From the IMG/VR virus record IMGVR_UViG_2873314349_000003: a DNA stretch of 64,000 bases; one strand, written 5' to 3'. The DNA comes from a virus. Lineage: Duplodnaviria; Caudoviricetes. The position numbers and the translations under genes were made by a program. Positions 1-10,900 of the stretch are shown one piece after another (position 1 is the first letter of the stretch; each line of letters starts with the position of its first letter). The notes under the pieces are model-generated. The model was not told where the DNA came from. It was given only the letters and a program-made list of their open reading frames with translations, and did not search any database.

Positions 1-3
1 GCG

Positions 4-1284
4 ATGAGCGAGACCATCTCCACCAAGCCCTGGTCTGGCTTCTCCGCCGCGGACTACTCCATTGAGCAGTGGCGCAAGGCGTGCCTGATCGGGCCGGCGG
101 AGGCCTCCGACAGCAAGGGCGACTACTCCCTGCCGGTCCGCGAGCCGGACGGCACGCTGAACCGCAACGCCGTGCACGCCGCGGCCGCCCGGATCGGGCA
201 GGTCAAGGCGGATACGGGTGCCAAGAGCTCCGCCGCGAAGACGTTGGCCGCCCTCTACCGCCAGCTGGATGAGGACCCGCCCGAATCTCTCGCCGCGCTC
301 GCCGAACCTCAGACCAAGCCGGCGAAGGAGGCCGCGTCTGACCGGCACGCCGAGCTGGTCGAGGGTGGCGGCAGCATCGGCGCCTACCTCGAGTCGCGCA
401 TCCACGCCGTGTTCACCCAGCTCACCGACGACATGTACGGCGAAGGCCACCTCACCCGGGACGAACGCATCGCCCTGTCCAGCGCGATCGGCGATGGGCT
501 GAAGGCCTTCGTCGCGCGCGTCGAGGCCGACCAGCCGGGCCTGTACCGGCGCGGCCTCTACGACACCCTCCAGGACGCGCCCGCCATGGTGTCGGAGACC
601 TCCGGCGCCACGCTGCCCGCACCCGCCGAGGCGGCCCCCGCCGCAGCCTCCCAGCCCGTCGACGCGCCGCCGGCGGCCGTCGAGGAGTCCACCCCACCGG
701 GCACCCCGCCCGTCCCCACAGAACAGATCAAGGAGAGCGAGATGCCCGAGCTCACCGAAGAGCTGCAGCGCCAGCTGGCCGAAGCCGCCACGCTGGGCAG
801 CAAGCTCGAGGAGGCCATGGCCCTGCTCGGCACGGCCACCACCCAGCTCCAGGCCCTCACCGAGCGCGCTGACGCCGCCGACGCCCGTGCGGACGCCGCC
901 GACGCCAAGGCACTGCGCCTGGAGAACGACAAGGCCGCCCGTACCGCGGTCGCCGAGGCGCTGCAAAACAGCACGCTGCCCGCCCGTTGCCACGCCCGGG
1001 TCACCGAGTCGGTGTGCCGCGCGTTGCCCACGCTCGAGAGCGGCGAGCTGGACACCGCGGCGCTGAGCGAGTCCATCACCGCGGCGATCGACGCCGAGAA
1101 CAGCTACGCCGCCGGACTGCTGGAGGACAGCGGGGCCGGGCAGGTCCGCGGCCTGGGCGAGAGCAAGCCGCTCGCCACCGAACCGCTCAGTGAGTCCGAC
1201 TTCGAGACCGGCCTGGCCGAGCAGTTCGCCCGGCTCGGCCTGACCAGCGACGCCGCCAAGGCCGCGGCCGCAGGAAGGCGGTAA
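4..1284 (+). CDS. Prohead protease/scaffold protein (may start upstream of the window)
   Basis: Precedes cement and capsid genes; Ala/Glu-rich coiled-coil C-terminal half; internal AAGGAG+ATG at 742. Confidence 0.7.
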   Translation: MSETISTKPWSGFSAADYSIEQWRKACLIGPAEASDSKGDYSLPVREPDGTLNRNAVHAAAARIGQVKADTGAKSSAAKTLAALYRQLDEDPPESLAALAEPQTKPAKEAASDRHAELVEGGGSIGAYLESRIHAVFTQLTDDMYGEGHLTRDERIALSSAIGDGLKAFVARVEADQPGLYRRGLYDTLQDAPAMVSETSGATLPAPAEAAPAAASQPVDAPPAAVEESTPPGTPPVPTEQIKESEMPELTEELQRQLAEAATLGSKLEEAMALLGTATTQLQALTERADAADARADAADAKALRLENDKAARTAVAEALQNSTLPARCHARVTESVCRALPTLESGELDTAALSESITAAIDAENSYAAGLLEDSGAGQVRGLGESKPLATEPLSESDFETGLAEQFARLGLTSDAAKAAAAGRR

Positions 1285-1291
1285 CCACCCG

Positions 1292-1636
1292 ATGGCCACC
1301 AACACCGAGCACATGTGGACCAAGAGCCTCAGCGTGCCGTGCACCGCGCCGACCACACCGAACTCCGGGGACCCCGTGCTGTACGGGCAGCTCCCCGGTG
1401 TCGCGCTCATCGACGAGCAGGCCGACGGCCTCACCACCATCGCCCTGGACGGCGTGTTCCGGCTGCCGGTCAAGGGCGAGACCACGACCAACGCCGCGGT
1501 GAACGCCGGCGACATCCTCTACTACGACTCGGGTGTGATCAACAAGGACTCCAGCAACGGCGTGCGCTTCGGGTACGCGCTGGACGCCGTCGCCTCCGGG
1601 GCCACCACCACCATCGGCGTCCTCGTCGGCTACTAG
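1292..1636 (+). CDS. DUF2190-type capsid cement/decoration protein
   Basis: 114 aa, SGDPV..G..GVAL, GVF.LP, GD.LY pattern; lies between scaffold and capsid. Confidence 0.8.
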   Translation: MATNTEHMWTKSLSVPCTAPTTPNSGDPVLYGQLPGVALIDEQADGLTTIALDGVFRLPVKGETTTNAAVNAGDILYYDSGVINKDSSNGVRFGYALDAVASGATTTIGVLVGY

Positions 1637-1649
1637 GAGAACCACTTCC

Positions 1650-2870
1650 ATGACGCTCACCACCGACTCCGGCACCTCGCTCGGTCTGGTCGACTCCTAC
1701 ACCGGCGGCACCGAGCACGCCGCCACCTCCCGCATCTACGCCAGCGAGGGCCGCCGGATCACCCGCCGCACCCAGGACCCGCGCTACCAGCGCGACCTGA
1801 CCGAGGCGCTCAGGCTCTACGAGCGGGTCCTGGGCGGCAATCGGCGCGCCGCCCTGGACTTCCAGGAATCCATGTCCCGCTCGGACTTCCAGTTCCTGTT
1901 CGGCGACGTCATCGACCGCCAACTGCTGGCCTTCTACAACACGATGCCCGTCAACTGGGACATCACCGCCCGCCGCGGCCGCGTCCGCGACTTTCGCACC
2001 GTCAAGCGGTTCACCCTGGACGGTGGCCGCGGCGTGCTGTCGGAGGTCGGCGAGCTCGCCCCGTACAAGGCCCGCGCGGTCGTCGACGGCGCCTACGAGT
2101 ACTCGGTCAAGAAGTACGGCGCGGAGATCCCGATCTCATGGGAGACCGTCGTCAACGACGACCTGGACGCCCTGTCGGACCTGCCCAGCACGCTCGGCCT
2201 GGCCGCGCGGCGCACCGAGGAACGGTTCGCCACCGCCCTGTACGCCAGCAGCTCGGGCCCGAACTCGACGTTCTTCTCCAACGCCCACAAGAACGTGATC
2301 AACCCCACCGTCGGCGGCGCCGGGGTCACCGTCACCAACCCCGCGCTGTCGGTGTCGGCGCTGCAGGTCGCCATGCAGATCATGGGCCAGCAGGTCGACT
2401 CCGACGGCGGCCCGATCTACGTGCAGTCGGTGGTGCTGGAGGTGCCTCCGGCGCTGGAGGTCGTGGCCAACAACATCGTCAACTCCACCGAGATCCTGTC
2501 GGCCAGCGGCGGCGGTGACGGCACCGGCAACGACCAGCTGCGCGTCCAGAACTGGATGCGCAACCGTGTCACCGTCCGCGTCAACCCCTGGCTCCCGCTG
2601 ATCGACACCACCACCGGCAACTCCGCGTGGTACCTGTTCGCCTCCCCCAGCTCGGGCCGCCCGGCGATGGAGGTCGGCTTCCTGATCGGCCACGAGACCC
2701 CCGAGCTGTGGATGAAGTCCCCCGACGCGGTTCGTGTCGGCGGCGGCCCGGTCGCACCGGAGGAGGGCGACTTCGAGCACGACGGCATCCGCTACCGCGT
2801 CCGCCACGTCCTGGGCGGCACGCCGATGGACCACAAGATGGCGATCGCCTCCACCGGCACCAGCTCCTGA
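1650..2870 (+). CDS. Major capsid protein (Mu gpT-like)
   Basis: 406 aa; VRDFR, KYG..I.ISWE.VVNDDL, LEVPPALE, WYLFA motifs; position. Confidence 0.9.
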   Translation: MTLTTDSGTSLGLVDSYTGGTEHAATSRIYASEGRRITRRTQDPRYQRDLTEALRLYERVLGGNRRAALDFQESMSRSDFQFLFGDVIDRQLLAFYNTMPVNWDITARRGRVRDFRTVKRFTLDGGRGVLSEVGELAPYKARAVVDGAYEYSVKKYGAEIPISWETVVNDDLDALSDLPSTLGLAARRTEERFATALYASSSGPNSTFFSNAHKNVINPTVGGAGVTVTNPALSVSALQVAMQIMGQQVDSDGGPIYVQSVVLEVPPALEVVANNIVNSTEILSASGGGDGTGNDQLRVQNWMRNRVTVRVNPWLPLIDTTTGNSAWYLFASPSSGRPAMEVGFLIGHETPELWMKSPDAVRVGGGPVAPEEGDFEHDGIRYRVRHVLGGTPMDHKMAIASTGTSS

Positions 2871-2871
2871 C

Positions 2872-3186
2872 ATGGGACACCCGCTGCCGACGCCTCGCAG
2901 TGATGCCGAGGAGTACGCCGCCGCGCAGCTTCAGGTGCTGGACGACATCCGGGGCCTGCTGCGGGATGTCCGCGACCGGCTGCCCGAGCGGCCGGCGGCC
3001 CAGGTGGGGGGCCGGGTGGAGCTGCGCGAGCCTGTTCCCGCTCCGTCCCCCGGCGGGGAGGAGGCCGCGCCGCAGGCCAAGCCCGCCACCAACTCCGCCC
3101 CCGGGAAGTCCGCTGCGGCGACGGCCGGTCCCACACGGCCCGGCCGCGCGCGGCGCAAGACCACGCCCAACAAGGAGAGCTCCTGA
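2872..3186 (+). CDS. Hypothetical phage protein
   Basis: ATG 2 nt after the capsid stop, overlaps next start. Confidence 0.65.
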   Translation: MGHPLPTPRSDAEEYAAAQLQVLDDIRGLLRDVRDRLPERPAAQVGGRVELREPVPAPSPGGEEAAPQAKPATNSAPGKSAAATAGPTRPGRARRKTTPNKESS

Positions 3187-3539
3187 TGAGCGCTACCGCC
3201 AAGGGCCAGCCGAACGGGCTGGCCACCCTGGACTCCACCGGCAAGGTCCCGGCGACGCAGCTGGCGGGCCGGTCGGCCGTCGCGCCGCTCACCGCCACCG
3301 CGACCCTGGACTTCGCCTCCATCAGCGCGGGCGCGATCGGCACCCACACCGTGACCGTGACCGGCGCGGCCGCCGGCGACAAGGTCGCCCTGGGCCCGCC
3401 GGCCGCCATCGAGGCCGGGCTGATCTGGTGCGCGTATGTCTCGGCCGCCAACACCGTGACGATCCGGCTGCTCAACACCACCGGCGGCGCCGTCGACCCG
3501 GCCAGCGCGAGCTGGAAGGTCGCCGTCTTCACCACCTGA
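3186..3539 (+). CDS. Small virion structural/decoration protein
   Basis: RBS AAGGAG; ATLDSTGKVP motif, beta-rich. Confidence 0.65.
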   Translation: MSATAKGQPNGLATLDSTGKVPATQLAGRSAVAPLTATATLDFASISAGAIGTHTVTVTGAAAGDKVALGPPAAIEAGLIWCAYVSAANTVTIRLLNTTGGAVDPASASWKVAVFTT

Positions 3540-3541
3540 TC

Positions 3542-3910
3542 ATGGCGATCGACTACTCCACCCCCGCAGGCCAGGTGCGGCTGCTGATCCCGGACACCGA
3601 CGAGCAGAACCTGCTGCTCAACGACCCGCAGATCGAGGCGTTCCTCTCATTGAACAGCGGCAATGTCCGGCTCGCCGCTGCTCAGGCCCTGGACGTCATC
3701 GCCGCATCAGAGGCGCTGATCTCCAAGAAGCTCACGATCGACGGGCGCTCCACCGACGGGCCCGCCGTGGCCGCCTCCCTCAAGGCCGCCGCCACCGAGC
3801 TGCGCCGCCAGGTCGACGCGGGCGAGGGCGACGACACCGCGGGCGGGTTCGACATCGTGAACTTCGACCCGCAGGCGGGCCTGCGCGGCTGGGGCGCCGG
3901 CTTCCTGTGA
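3542..3910 (+). CDS. Head-to-tail adaptor
   Basis: MAIDYSTPAGQVRLLIPDTD...IEAFL..VRLAAAQALD pattern; C-terminal part of ORF 2627..3910. Confidence 0.8.
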   Translation: MAIDYSTPAGQVRLLIPDTDEQNLLLNDPQIEAFLSLNSGNVRLAAAQALDVIAASEALISKKLTIDGRSTDGPAVAASLKAAATELRRQVDAGEGDDTAGGFDIVNFDPQAGLRGWGAGFL

Positions 3911-3923
3911 AGGAGGCGATCGC

Positions 3924-4361
3924 GTGCCGCTCGGAGGCCACACGCCGATCCATCCTCGCTGGTCGGAGCACCATCGGCCGGTGGCCACAGGCACTCAGAC
4001 CGGACGCTGCCGCATCACCCGGCACACCGGTAGCACCGGGAATCTGGACACAGACCTGGTCTGGCACCCCGGGATGACGCGGATCACGCTCTACACCGGG
4101 CCTTGCCACATCGCCCCGCCGGTGCCCGTCGGCTACCAGGCCGTCGGGGAGCGCCGCACCGGCACCACCGACTACCAGGTCGCCATCGGATGGGACGCCC
4201 CGGAGATCCTCGACGGCGACGACGTCGAGATCCTGGCCGCCGAGGACCCCGAGCTGGTCGGCCGACGCCTGAGGGTCACCAGCGCGGTCGGCGATGGCGG
4301 TACCCAGCAGTGGGAGCGGCTGCTGACCTGCGTGCAGGACACCACCAACCGGGAGCGGTGA
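3924..4361 (+). CDS. Head-to-tail stopper (DUF6093-like)
   Basis: RBS AAGGAGG; LYTGPC, GDDVEI..DPELVGRRLRV; position. Confidence 0.7.
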   Translation: MPLGGHTPIHPRWSEHHRPVATGTQTGRCRITRHTGSTGNLDTDLVWHPGMTRITLYTGPCHIAPPVPVGYQAVGERRTGTTDYQVAIGWDAPEILDGDDVEILAAEDPELVGRRLRVTSAVGDGGTQQWERLLTCVQDTTNRER

Positions 4362-4792
4362 TGGCGGAGTTCGAGTTCGATGAGGTCATCACTCACATCC
4401 GGCGCATCGAAAAGGCCACCGCCGAGGTGACGGCCAAAAGTCGCCTGGTCGTGGAGAAGACCGGCCACAACACTGTCGGCTACGCCCAGAACCTGGCGCC
4501 CGTGGACACCGGCAACCTGCGTGCCTCGATCGGAGTGGACTTCGACGACGACGGCCTGGGGTTCGAGGCCGGGCCGACGGCGGAGTACGGCGCCGATGTG
4601 GAGTACGGGACCCGGCCGCACGTGATCCGCCCTCGCGAGAAGAAGGCCCTGTACTGGCCGGACGCCAAGCACCCGATGCGGAAGGTCAACCACCCGGGGA
4701 CCACGCCGCAGCCCTACATGCGGCCGGCGTTCGACCGGGCGACACAGGAGTTCGACGCGGCGATCGATGCGATTCTCCGGGATGCCTTCTGA
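4361..4792 (+). CDS. HK97 gp10-like neck protein
   Basis: APVDTGNLRASI, VEYGT, QPYMRPA motifs. Confidence 0.9.
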   Translation: MAEFEFDEVITHIRRIEKATAEVTAKSRLVVEKTGHNTVGYAQNLAPVDTGNLRASIGVDFDDDGLGFEAGPTAEYGADVEYGTRPHVIRPREKKALYWPDAKHPMRKVNHPGTTPQPYMRPAFDRATQEFDAAIDAILRDAF

Positions 4793-5232
4793 TGGCGGTC
4801 AGCCCGGCGGCGCCGGCCGCCCCTCACACCGTGGCCTTCACCACGGCGTTGGCCGCCGCAGATCTCGCTGTCGATGTCGGCGTCGCTCCCGCGGGGGCTG
4901 GCTGGCAGGGCGAGCCGGGCGAGTCGCAGTTCGTGCCGTACGTCGTCCTGTTCCCCTCGCCCGGCAGCACTGACGGCGACCTCGGCGATCCCAACGCCTA
5001 TCTCGACTACGAGACGCAGGCCACGGTCGTCGGTGTCACCCCGGCGCAGGTCGAGCGGGCCATGGACAAGGTCAAGGCCACGCTGGTCGGCCGCCAGCTC
5101 GACGTGACCGGCCGCAACTCCTACCGCGTGCAGCTGGGCGAGGGCGGTCGGCCGATCAGCCGCGACGACTCGGTCCAGCCTCCGGAGTACTACGCCAGCG
5201 CGCTGTTCACCCTGCGCACCGGCCCCGCCTAA
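4792..5232 (+). CDS. Tail terminator
   Basis: PYVVL motif, position upstream of the tail tube. Confidence 0.7.
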   Translation: MAVSPAAPAAPHTVAFTTALAAADLAVDVGVAPAGAGWQGEPGESQFVPYVVLFPSPGSTDGDLGDPNAYLDYETQATVVGVTPAQVERAMDKVKATLVGRQLDVTGRNSYRVQLGEGGRPISRDDSVQPPEYYASALFTLRTGPA

Positions 5233-5300
5233 CCACCTCATCTCCCGAGCCCGGCGCCTGAGGCGTGCGGGCCCTTTCGCATGTCCTGGAGGAGCCCCTC

Positions 5301-5630
5301 GTGGCGACATACGGCATCCAGAGCCCGAGCCCGAACGGTGTGACGCTGACGTTCCGTTCCGCGGCGTCGAGCGACAAGATCAGCGGTCTGCGCACCAAGG
5401 CCGGCCGCATCCTCGTCAACAACGCCTCCGGCGCCTCGGTGAACCTCACGTTCTCACCGCCCGGCAACACCGGGTACGGCGTCGCCAACCCCACCAAGGT
5501 CGTCGCGTGCGCGGCGGGCCAGATCACCGAGATCACCCTGCTGCCGGAGTACCGGGACGCCACCGACGGCTACAACATCGCGCTCGCCTGGTCGGCCACC
5601 AGCAGCGTGACCTGGGCGGCGATCCGCTGA
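5301..5630 (+). CDS. Phage structural protein
   Basis: GGAGGAG RBS then GTG; beta-rich. Confidence 0.65.
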   Translation: MATYGIQSPSPNGVTLTFRSAASSDKISGLRTKAGRILVNNASGASVNLTFSPPGNTGYGVANPTKVVACAAGQITEITLLPEYRDATDGYNIALAWSATSSVTWAAIR

Positions 5631-5863
5631 TGCCGCGCCGCATGATCCCGGTCCGCAACAAGACGACCGGCCAGGAAGCACTGGTGTCCGAGCGCGCCTT
5701 CCCCCTGTTCGCCGCCTCCCACGAGCGGCTCGACCACGACACCCCCACCGATGCCACCGAGGCCGCCTCCCCGGACGCCTCTCCGGCGGTGTCCTCACCT
5801 GCCCCGCAGGCCACAACCCCCAAGCCCCAGCGCCGCGGTGCGGCCACCGACGACAAGGAGTAG
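5630..5863 (+). CDS. Hypothetical phage protein
   Basis: TGATG overlap with the previous gene. Confidence 0.6.
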   Translation: MPRRMIPVRNKTTGQEALVSERAFPLFAASHERLDHDTPTDATEAASPDASPAVSSPAPQATTPKPQRRGAATDDKE

Positions 5864-5869
5864 CCGCCC

Positions 5870-6358
5870 ATGGCTGGTGCAGACCTTCTCGGCGACGGCA
5901 ACGTCAAGGTCACCTTCTGCCTGACCATCGCCGACATCGACAACCCCACCGCTGCAGAGCTGAACGGCGGCGTGGACCTGCAGGAGCACATCACCAAGCA
6001 GGGCCTGGACATCCAGCCCGACCAGGCGTCGGTGGACAACACCGCGCTCGCCTCGCGCACCGAGACCGAGGACGCCGGCACCGTGTCCTACAAGATCGAG
6101 CTGACCTGCAAGCGCAAGCAGCTCACGCTGGAGGACATCGCCTGGCACACCCTCACCGACGGCCAGCTCGGCTACCTGGCGGTGCGGCGCAACCTGCCGC
6201 ACGAGACCGCCTGGGCCGCAGGGCAGGACGCCGAGGTCCACCCGGTCCGCTGCGGCCGCCCGAACATGCAGCCGCCTGAGCTGAACACCGCCCAGCAGTT
6301 CAAGAGCAAGCTGTTCAACCACGCCGAGTCCGCGCCGTCTGCGGTGGTGGCCGCCTGA
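5870..6358 (+). CDS. Major tail (tube) protein
   Basis: IADIDNPTAAELNGGVDL, GYLAVRR motifs of actinophage tail tubes. Confidence 0.85.
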   Translation: MAGADLLGDGNVKVTFCLTIADIDNPTAAELNGGVDLQEHITKQGLDIQPDQASVDNTALASRTETEDAGTVSYKIELTCKRKQLTLEDIAWHTLTDGQLGYLAVRRNLPHETAWAAGQDAEVHPVRCGRPNMQPPELNTAQQFKSKLFNHAESAPSAVVAA

Positions 6359-6894
6359 TGGACCTGAAGATCGATGACATCCTCGGGAAGCTGCAGCTGC
6401 CGGAGAAGAGCGTCCCGCTGTGCCTGCGCGCTGACCTGCAGGCCCGCTTCGACACCCTGGAGCGGGACCTGCGGGCGGCGCAGCGCGCACCCGAGCAGGA
6501 CTCCCTGGCCGGCAGCGGCGCCACCGCGCGGGAGATCGCCAACCAGATCGAGGCGATCCGGACGGAGATGCAGGCCCACACCGTCGCCTTCCTGCTGAGG
6601 GCCTTGCCCAACAAGGAGTGGTCCGACCTTCTCAAGCAGCACCCACCCCGCAAGGGCAACCAGGGCGACCTCGTCTCGGACTACAACACCGAGACCTTCC
6701 CCGTCGCGGCGCTGGCGGCGTGCTGCAAGTCGCCCAAGATGACCGAAGACCAAGCGGGGCAGCTGGTGGATGCGATCACCAACGGCCAGTGGTCCCGGCT
6801 CACCATGGCGATCGGCGAGCTGAACAACGGCGGTGGGGACATCCCTTTCTCCGTCGCCGCATCCGCGCTGGCGGGCGGCACGCCGACGAGCTAA
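6358..6894 (+). CDS. Tail assembly chaperone (G)
   Basis: Between tube and tape measure; slippery heptamer near the 3' end. Confidence 0.85.
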   Translation: MDLKIDDILGKLQLPEKSVPLCLRADLQARFDTLERDLRAAQRAPEQDSLAGSGATAREIANQIEAIRTEMQAHTVAFLLRALPNKEWSDLLKQHPPRKGNQGDLVSDYNTETFPVAALAACCKSPKMTEDQAGQLVDAITNGQWSRLTMAIGELNNGGGDIPFSVAASALAGGTPTS

Positions 6895-7250
6895 CCCTGG
6901 CCGCCTACTACCGGATTCCGCGGTCCAAGCTGCTGGGCCGCGAGCCGGTGGAGACGACGACCTACCACTACGACGAGCAGGGCCGGCTCACCCACACGGT
7001 GACCCTTCGGGAGCCGGAGTGGCTGGAGGATGACGTCGCGTGGGCGTTGGCGTGGAAGCAGGAGCAGGCCGGTCTGTGCCCGGGGTGCAAGCTGCCGTTG
7101 GAGGAGACGACCGACCCGGCCAACGACGGACGCTACCGGGTGCCTCCGGCAACTCGGTGCTTTGCGTGCACTCCGCTAGCCGAGGCGCATAAGGAGTATG
7201 CCGCCTCAGCCCCAGGGGTACTGCTGCACGCGGAAAAGGACGAGGAATAA
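6843..7250 (+). CDS. Tail assembly chaperone -1 frameshift extension (GT)
   Basis: C CCT TTC at 6843-6849 in XXXYYYZ phase; -1 frame open to 7250 with CPGC/CFAC. Confidence 0.8.
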   Translation, partial: PFLRRRIRAGGRHADELTLAAYYRIPRSKLLGREPVETTTYHYDEQGRLTHTVTLREPEWLEDDVAWALAWKQEQAGLCPGCKLPLEETTDPANDGRYRVPPATRCFACTPLAEAHKEYAASAPGVLLHAEKDEE

Positions 7251-7255
7251 GACGG

Positions 7256-7786
7256 CTACTCGGCGCAAGCCAGGATTTCCTCTTGCGTTTCGGCCCCCTG
7301 AAGGCATTCCACGGTCTTCTGATTATTGTCGCTGACCTGGTTAACCGTGTTGTTGAACTCGTTCACGGCGGTGAAGGTGACGCGGGCGCCGTTGAACGCG
7401 GCGATCAAGGCCAGGAGGCTGAGGAAGACCGCGATGTTGGTCGTGCGGCTGTTGTTGGCGGTGCCGCGGCGCACACGTCCCATGCCGGCGATGCCCAGGG
7501 CCATGGCGATGATGGCCAGCGGCCCGCCGATGACGAAGGCGATGGGGACGATACCGCACAGTAGGCCGATAATCGCGCAGATCATCGCGGCTAAGCCCAG
7601 GCCGTTGCGGGGTTCGGGCATGGCCATGGGCATAGGCATGGGGTGCTGGTAGCCGTACGGCGGCTGCGCAGGGTGGGGATGGCCGGGCGGCGGCCCGTAC
7701 TGCTGAGGGTGGCCGTACTGCTGCGGCGGACCGTAGGACTGCGGCGGGTAGGGCGGCTGGCCATGGCCGTAGGGCTGCTGATTCAT
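7256..7786 (-). CDS. DUF4190-like membrane protein with Pro/Gln/Tyr-rich N-terminus (moron)
   Basis: RBS AGGAG; NGLGLAAMICAIIG and 2-3 TM segments; antisense within the tail operon. Confidence 0.8.
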   Translation of the reverse strand: MNQQPYGHGQPPYPPQSYGPPQQYGHPQQYGPPPGHPHPAQPPYGYQHPMPMPMAMPEPRNGLGLAAMICAIIGLLCGIVPIAFVIGGPLAIIAMALGIAGMGRVRRGTANNSRTTNIAVFLSLLALIAAFNGARVTFTAVNEFNNTVNQVSDNNQKTVECLQGAETQEEILACAE

Positions 7787-7924
7787 CGGCACTCCTGATC
7801 AACATGGCGCGCGCGGCGCTTCCAGTCCCCCGACCGGTCTCGATGATGACGGCCATCTCGCTCACGCGGTTGTCAATCGTCGCAAGTCGTTATGCGGTGA
7901 TTTCTGGGGCGGGGGTGGTCCGCC

Positions 7925-10900
7925 TTGGCCGACCGCACGATCACCACCCGCCTCCGCTTGGATGTCTCCCAGTTCGTCGCCGGGGAGAGCAAGGCCAAGG
8001 GCAGCCTCAACAACCTGAACCGGCAGTTCGCCGAGACCGCGGGCGCGGCCGAGGGGTTCCGTAAGAAGCTCGAGGCGTCGTTCAAGCGGCTGCCGGACAT
8101 CAAGATCACGGCGGATTCTCTTCCGGCCGAGGTCAAGCTGGCCGAGCTGCGCGCCAGGATGCAGACGCTGGCGGCGCAGAAGATCGGCGTGGACATCGAC
8201 GCCAGCGCGGCGCTGGTGCAGATGGCCGCCATCCAGGCCGAGCTGCAGGAGCTCGAGGGCCAGACCTCGTTCGAGGTCCGGGCCGACGTCGGCAAGGCCC
8301 TGGCCGACATCGAGTCGGTGATCCGCGAGGTCCAGCGGCTCGACAACAGCGCGGTGCAGGTCCCCGTCGAGGTGGAGATCCGCGGCGGCGCCTTCGCTGA
8401 GCGGCTGCGCGCCCAGGTCGATGCGGCCGCCCGGTCCCTGCCGAAGATCCCGCTCGACGCCGACTCCACCCCGGCGCAGCGGCAGGTCGCCGACCTGCGG
8501 GCGCGCCTGGAGTCACTGGGCAGCAAGCGGGTCGGGATCGACATCGACGCCGCGAGTGCGATCGCGCAGGTGCGGTCCATCGAGTCTGAGCTGTCCCGGA
8601 TCGACGGCGACTCGGCCACCATCGACATCCGCGCGGACGCGGCCTCGGCGGCGGCCGCGCTGGCGGTGATCAGCGGCGAGGTGTCCCGGCTGGACGGCCG
8701 TACCGCTAACGCGCGCGTCAACGTGGACATCGCCGGTGCGCTGGCCGCGATCGGGACGGTGGCCGCCGCGCTGGCTGGGCTTGCCGCGGTGCCTGCGCTG
8801 GCGTCGGTGGGGTTCGCCGCCGCCGGGCTGGGCGCGGCGTTCGGCGCGGCGGGCGTCGGCGCGGCCTCTTTCGCCGCAGTGGCGGTGCCGTCGCTGGGCC
8901 GGGTCAACGAGGCGCTGAAGGAGCAGGAGTCCGCGAGCCGGTCGGCTGGCGGGGCGGGCAAGAGCTTGGCGGCGTCCCAGGCCGAGGCCGCGGCTCGGGC
9001 GTTGCAACTGGCCGAGGCGCAGAACCGGGTGCGGGATGCGGCTGTCGCCGTGGTGCAGGCCAAGCGCGCTCTGCGGTCGGCGATCGATGACGTGACGCGG
9101 GCCCAGGAGGATGAGCGCCGCGCGTCCGATGATCTTGCACGGGCGGTTGAGGACGGCGCCCGCCGGCACGCTGAGGCGCTTAGGCAGGTCGAGGACGGCG
9201 AGCGCGCCGTCCGCGACGCACAGGCCGATGCGCTGCGCGCGCAGGAAGCTCTGAACGACGCCCGTCGTGAAGAGGAGCGCAGCCTCCAGGACCTGGGCAA
9301 CCGGCTGATCGACACTCGACTTGACCAGCGGCAGGCCGCGGTCGACCTGCAGGACGCGGAAGCGCGGCTGAACGCGACCCGGGCCGATCCGCGAGCGACG
9401 CCCAAGGACATCGAGCGCGCGGAGATCGCCTACGAGCGTGCCAAGCAGCGCGTCACCGAGCTGCAGATCTCCATCGAGCGGCTTCAGCAGGAGCAGAGCG
9501 AGGCCGACAAGAACGGCGTCGAGGGCTCCGACCGCGTCAAGAACGCAAAAGACGCCCTTGAGCAGGCAAATCGCCGTATAGAGGAATCCGAGCGGGCTCT
9601 GGCGGAAACCAGGGCAAATGTCGCTCGCGTTGATGAGGAAAGCGCACGCCGTGTAGCCGACTCGCAACGGCAGGTTGCTGAGTCGCATCGGCGTGTAGCC
9701 GACGCCCAGGCCAAGGTGATCGACTCCCAGGAGCGGCTCGTCCGGAGCCAGCGCGACGCCGAGATGGCGGCCCGCCGGCTCAAGGTCGAGCAACTGCAGG
9801 CCAAGGCCGCCATGGAGCAGACCGGCGGTTCGGCAGGCGGAGCGATCACCAAGATGTCGCAGCTGTCCAAGGCCGAGAAGGAGCTGGCCAAGGACATGGC
9901 CGCCTTCAAGACGACCTACGAGGACTGGCAGAAGAGCCTCCAGCCGGACGTCTTCCCGGTCATCTCCGGCGGCCTGGACCTCATCGCCGATGCCCTGCCG
10001 AAGCTGAACCCGCTGGTCAGGGGCGCAGCGGCCGGGTTCACCTTGCTGGAGAAGCGTGCCGGCGAGGCGTTGAAGGATCCCTTCTGGGATGAGTTCATCC
10101 GCCGGCTCAGCGCCGAGATCCCGGGGGCGATCGACGATTTCGGTGCCGCTGCGTTGAATGTCGGCAAGGGCGCCGCCGGGATGATCCAGGCGTTCCTCCC
10201 CTACGCAGGTGACCTGACCGATTGGGTAGTCGGCATCACCAAGCGGTTCGCCGACTGGGGGACCAACCTGGAGACCAGCCCGGGCTTCAAGGCGTTCGTG
10301 GCCTACGCCCAGGCGAACCTGCCCAAGGTGCAGAAGATCGTCGAGAACATCGGCACCGCCGTGGCGAAGATCCTCCAGGCGGCGGCCGCGCCCGGGCAGG
10401 GGGCCCTGGACTTCCTGGTCGGCCTGTCTCAGAAGCTGGCCGAGCTGTCGCCGGACCAGATTCAGGCCATCGCCGGCGGTATCGGGGCGATCTTCACGGC
10501 GGCCAAGCTCGGTACGACGATCAAGCTCGGCGGCTTCCTCGTCCTGGCCGACGTACTGTCCGAGATGAGCCCGGGCCAGATCCAGGCGCTGGCTGGGGCC
10601 ATCGTCGCGGTCATGCTCGCGGTCAAGGGCTACCAGACCGCGACCGATGCCATCGAGTTCTTTCAAGGGCTGCGCGGCGAGGTCGGCAAGGCCGGCGATG
10701 CCGCCGGCGCCGCCCGCGGGAAGTTCTCCGGCCTCGGAGGAGTCCTGCAGGGCGCGGGGATCGCCGCCGGCATAACCGCCATCGCCGCGGGCGTGGGCCT
10801 GCTCGACGACAAGTTGTCGGGGCTGAGTCCCAACATGTCGAACCTGACCCGGCACCTCGGCGACTGGGTCAAGGGCGGCAAACCGGCCGCTGATGTCCTC

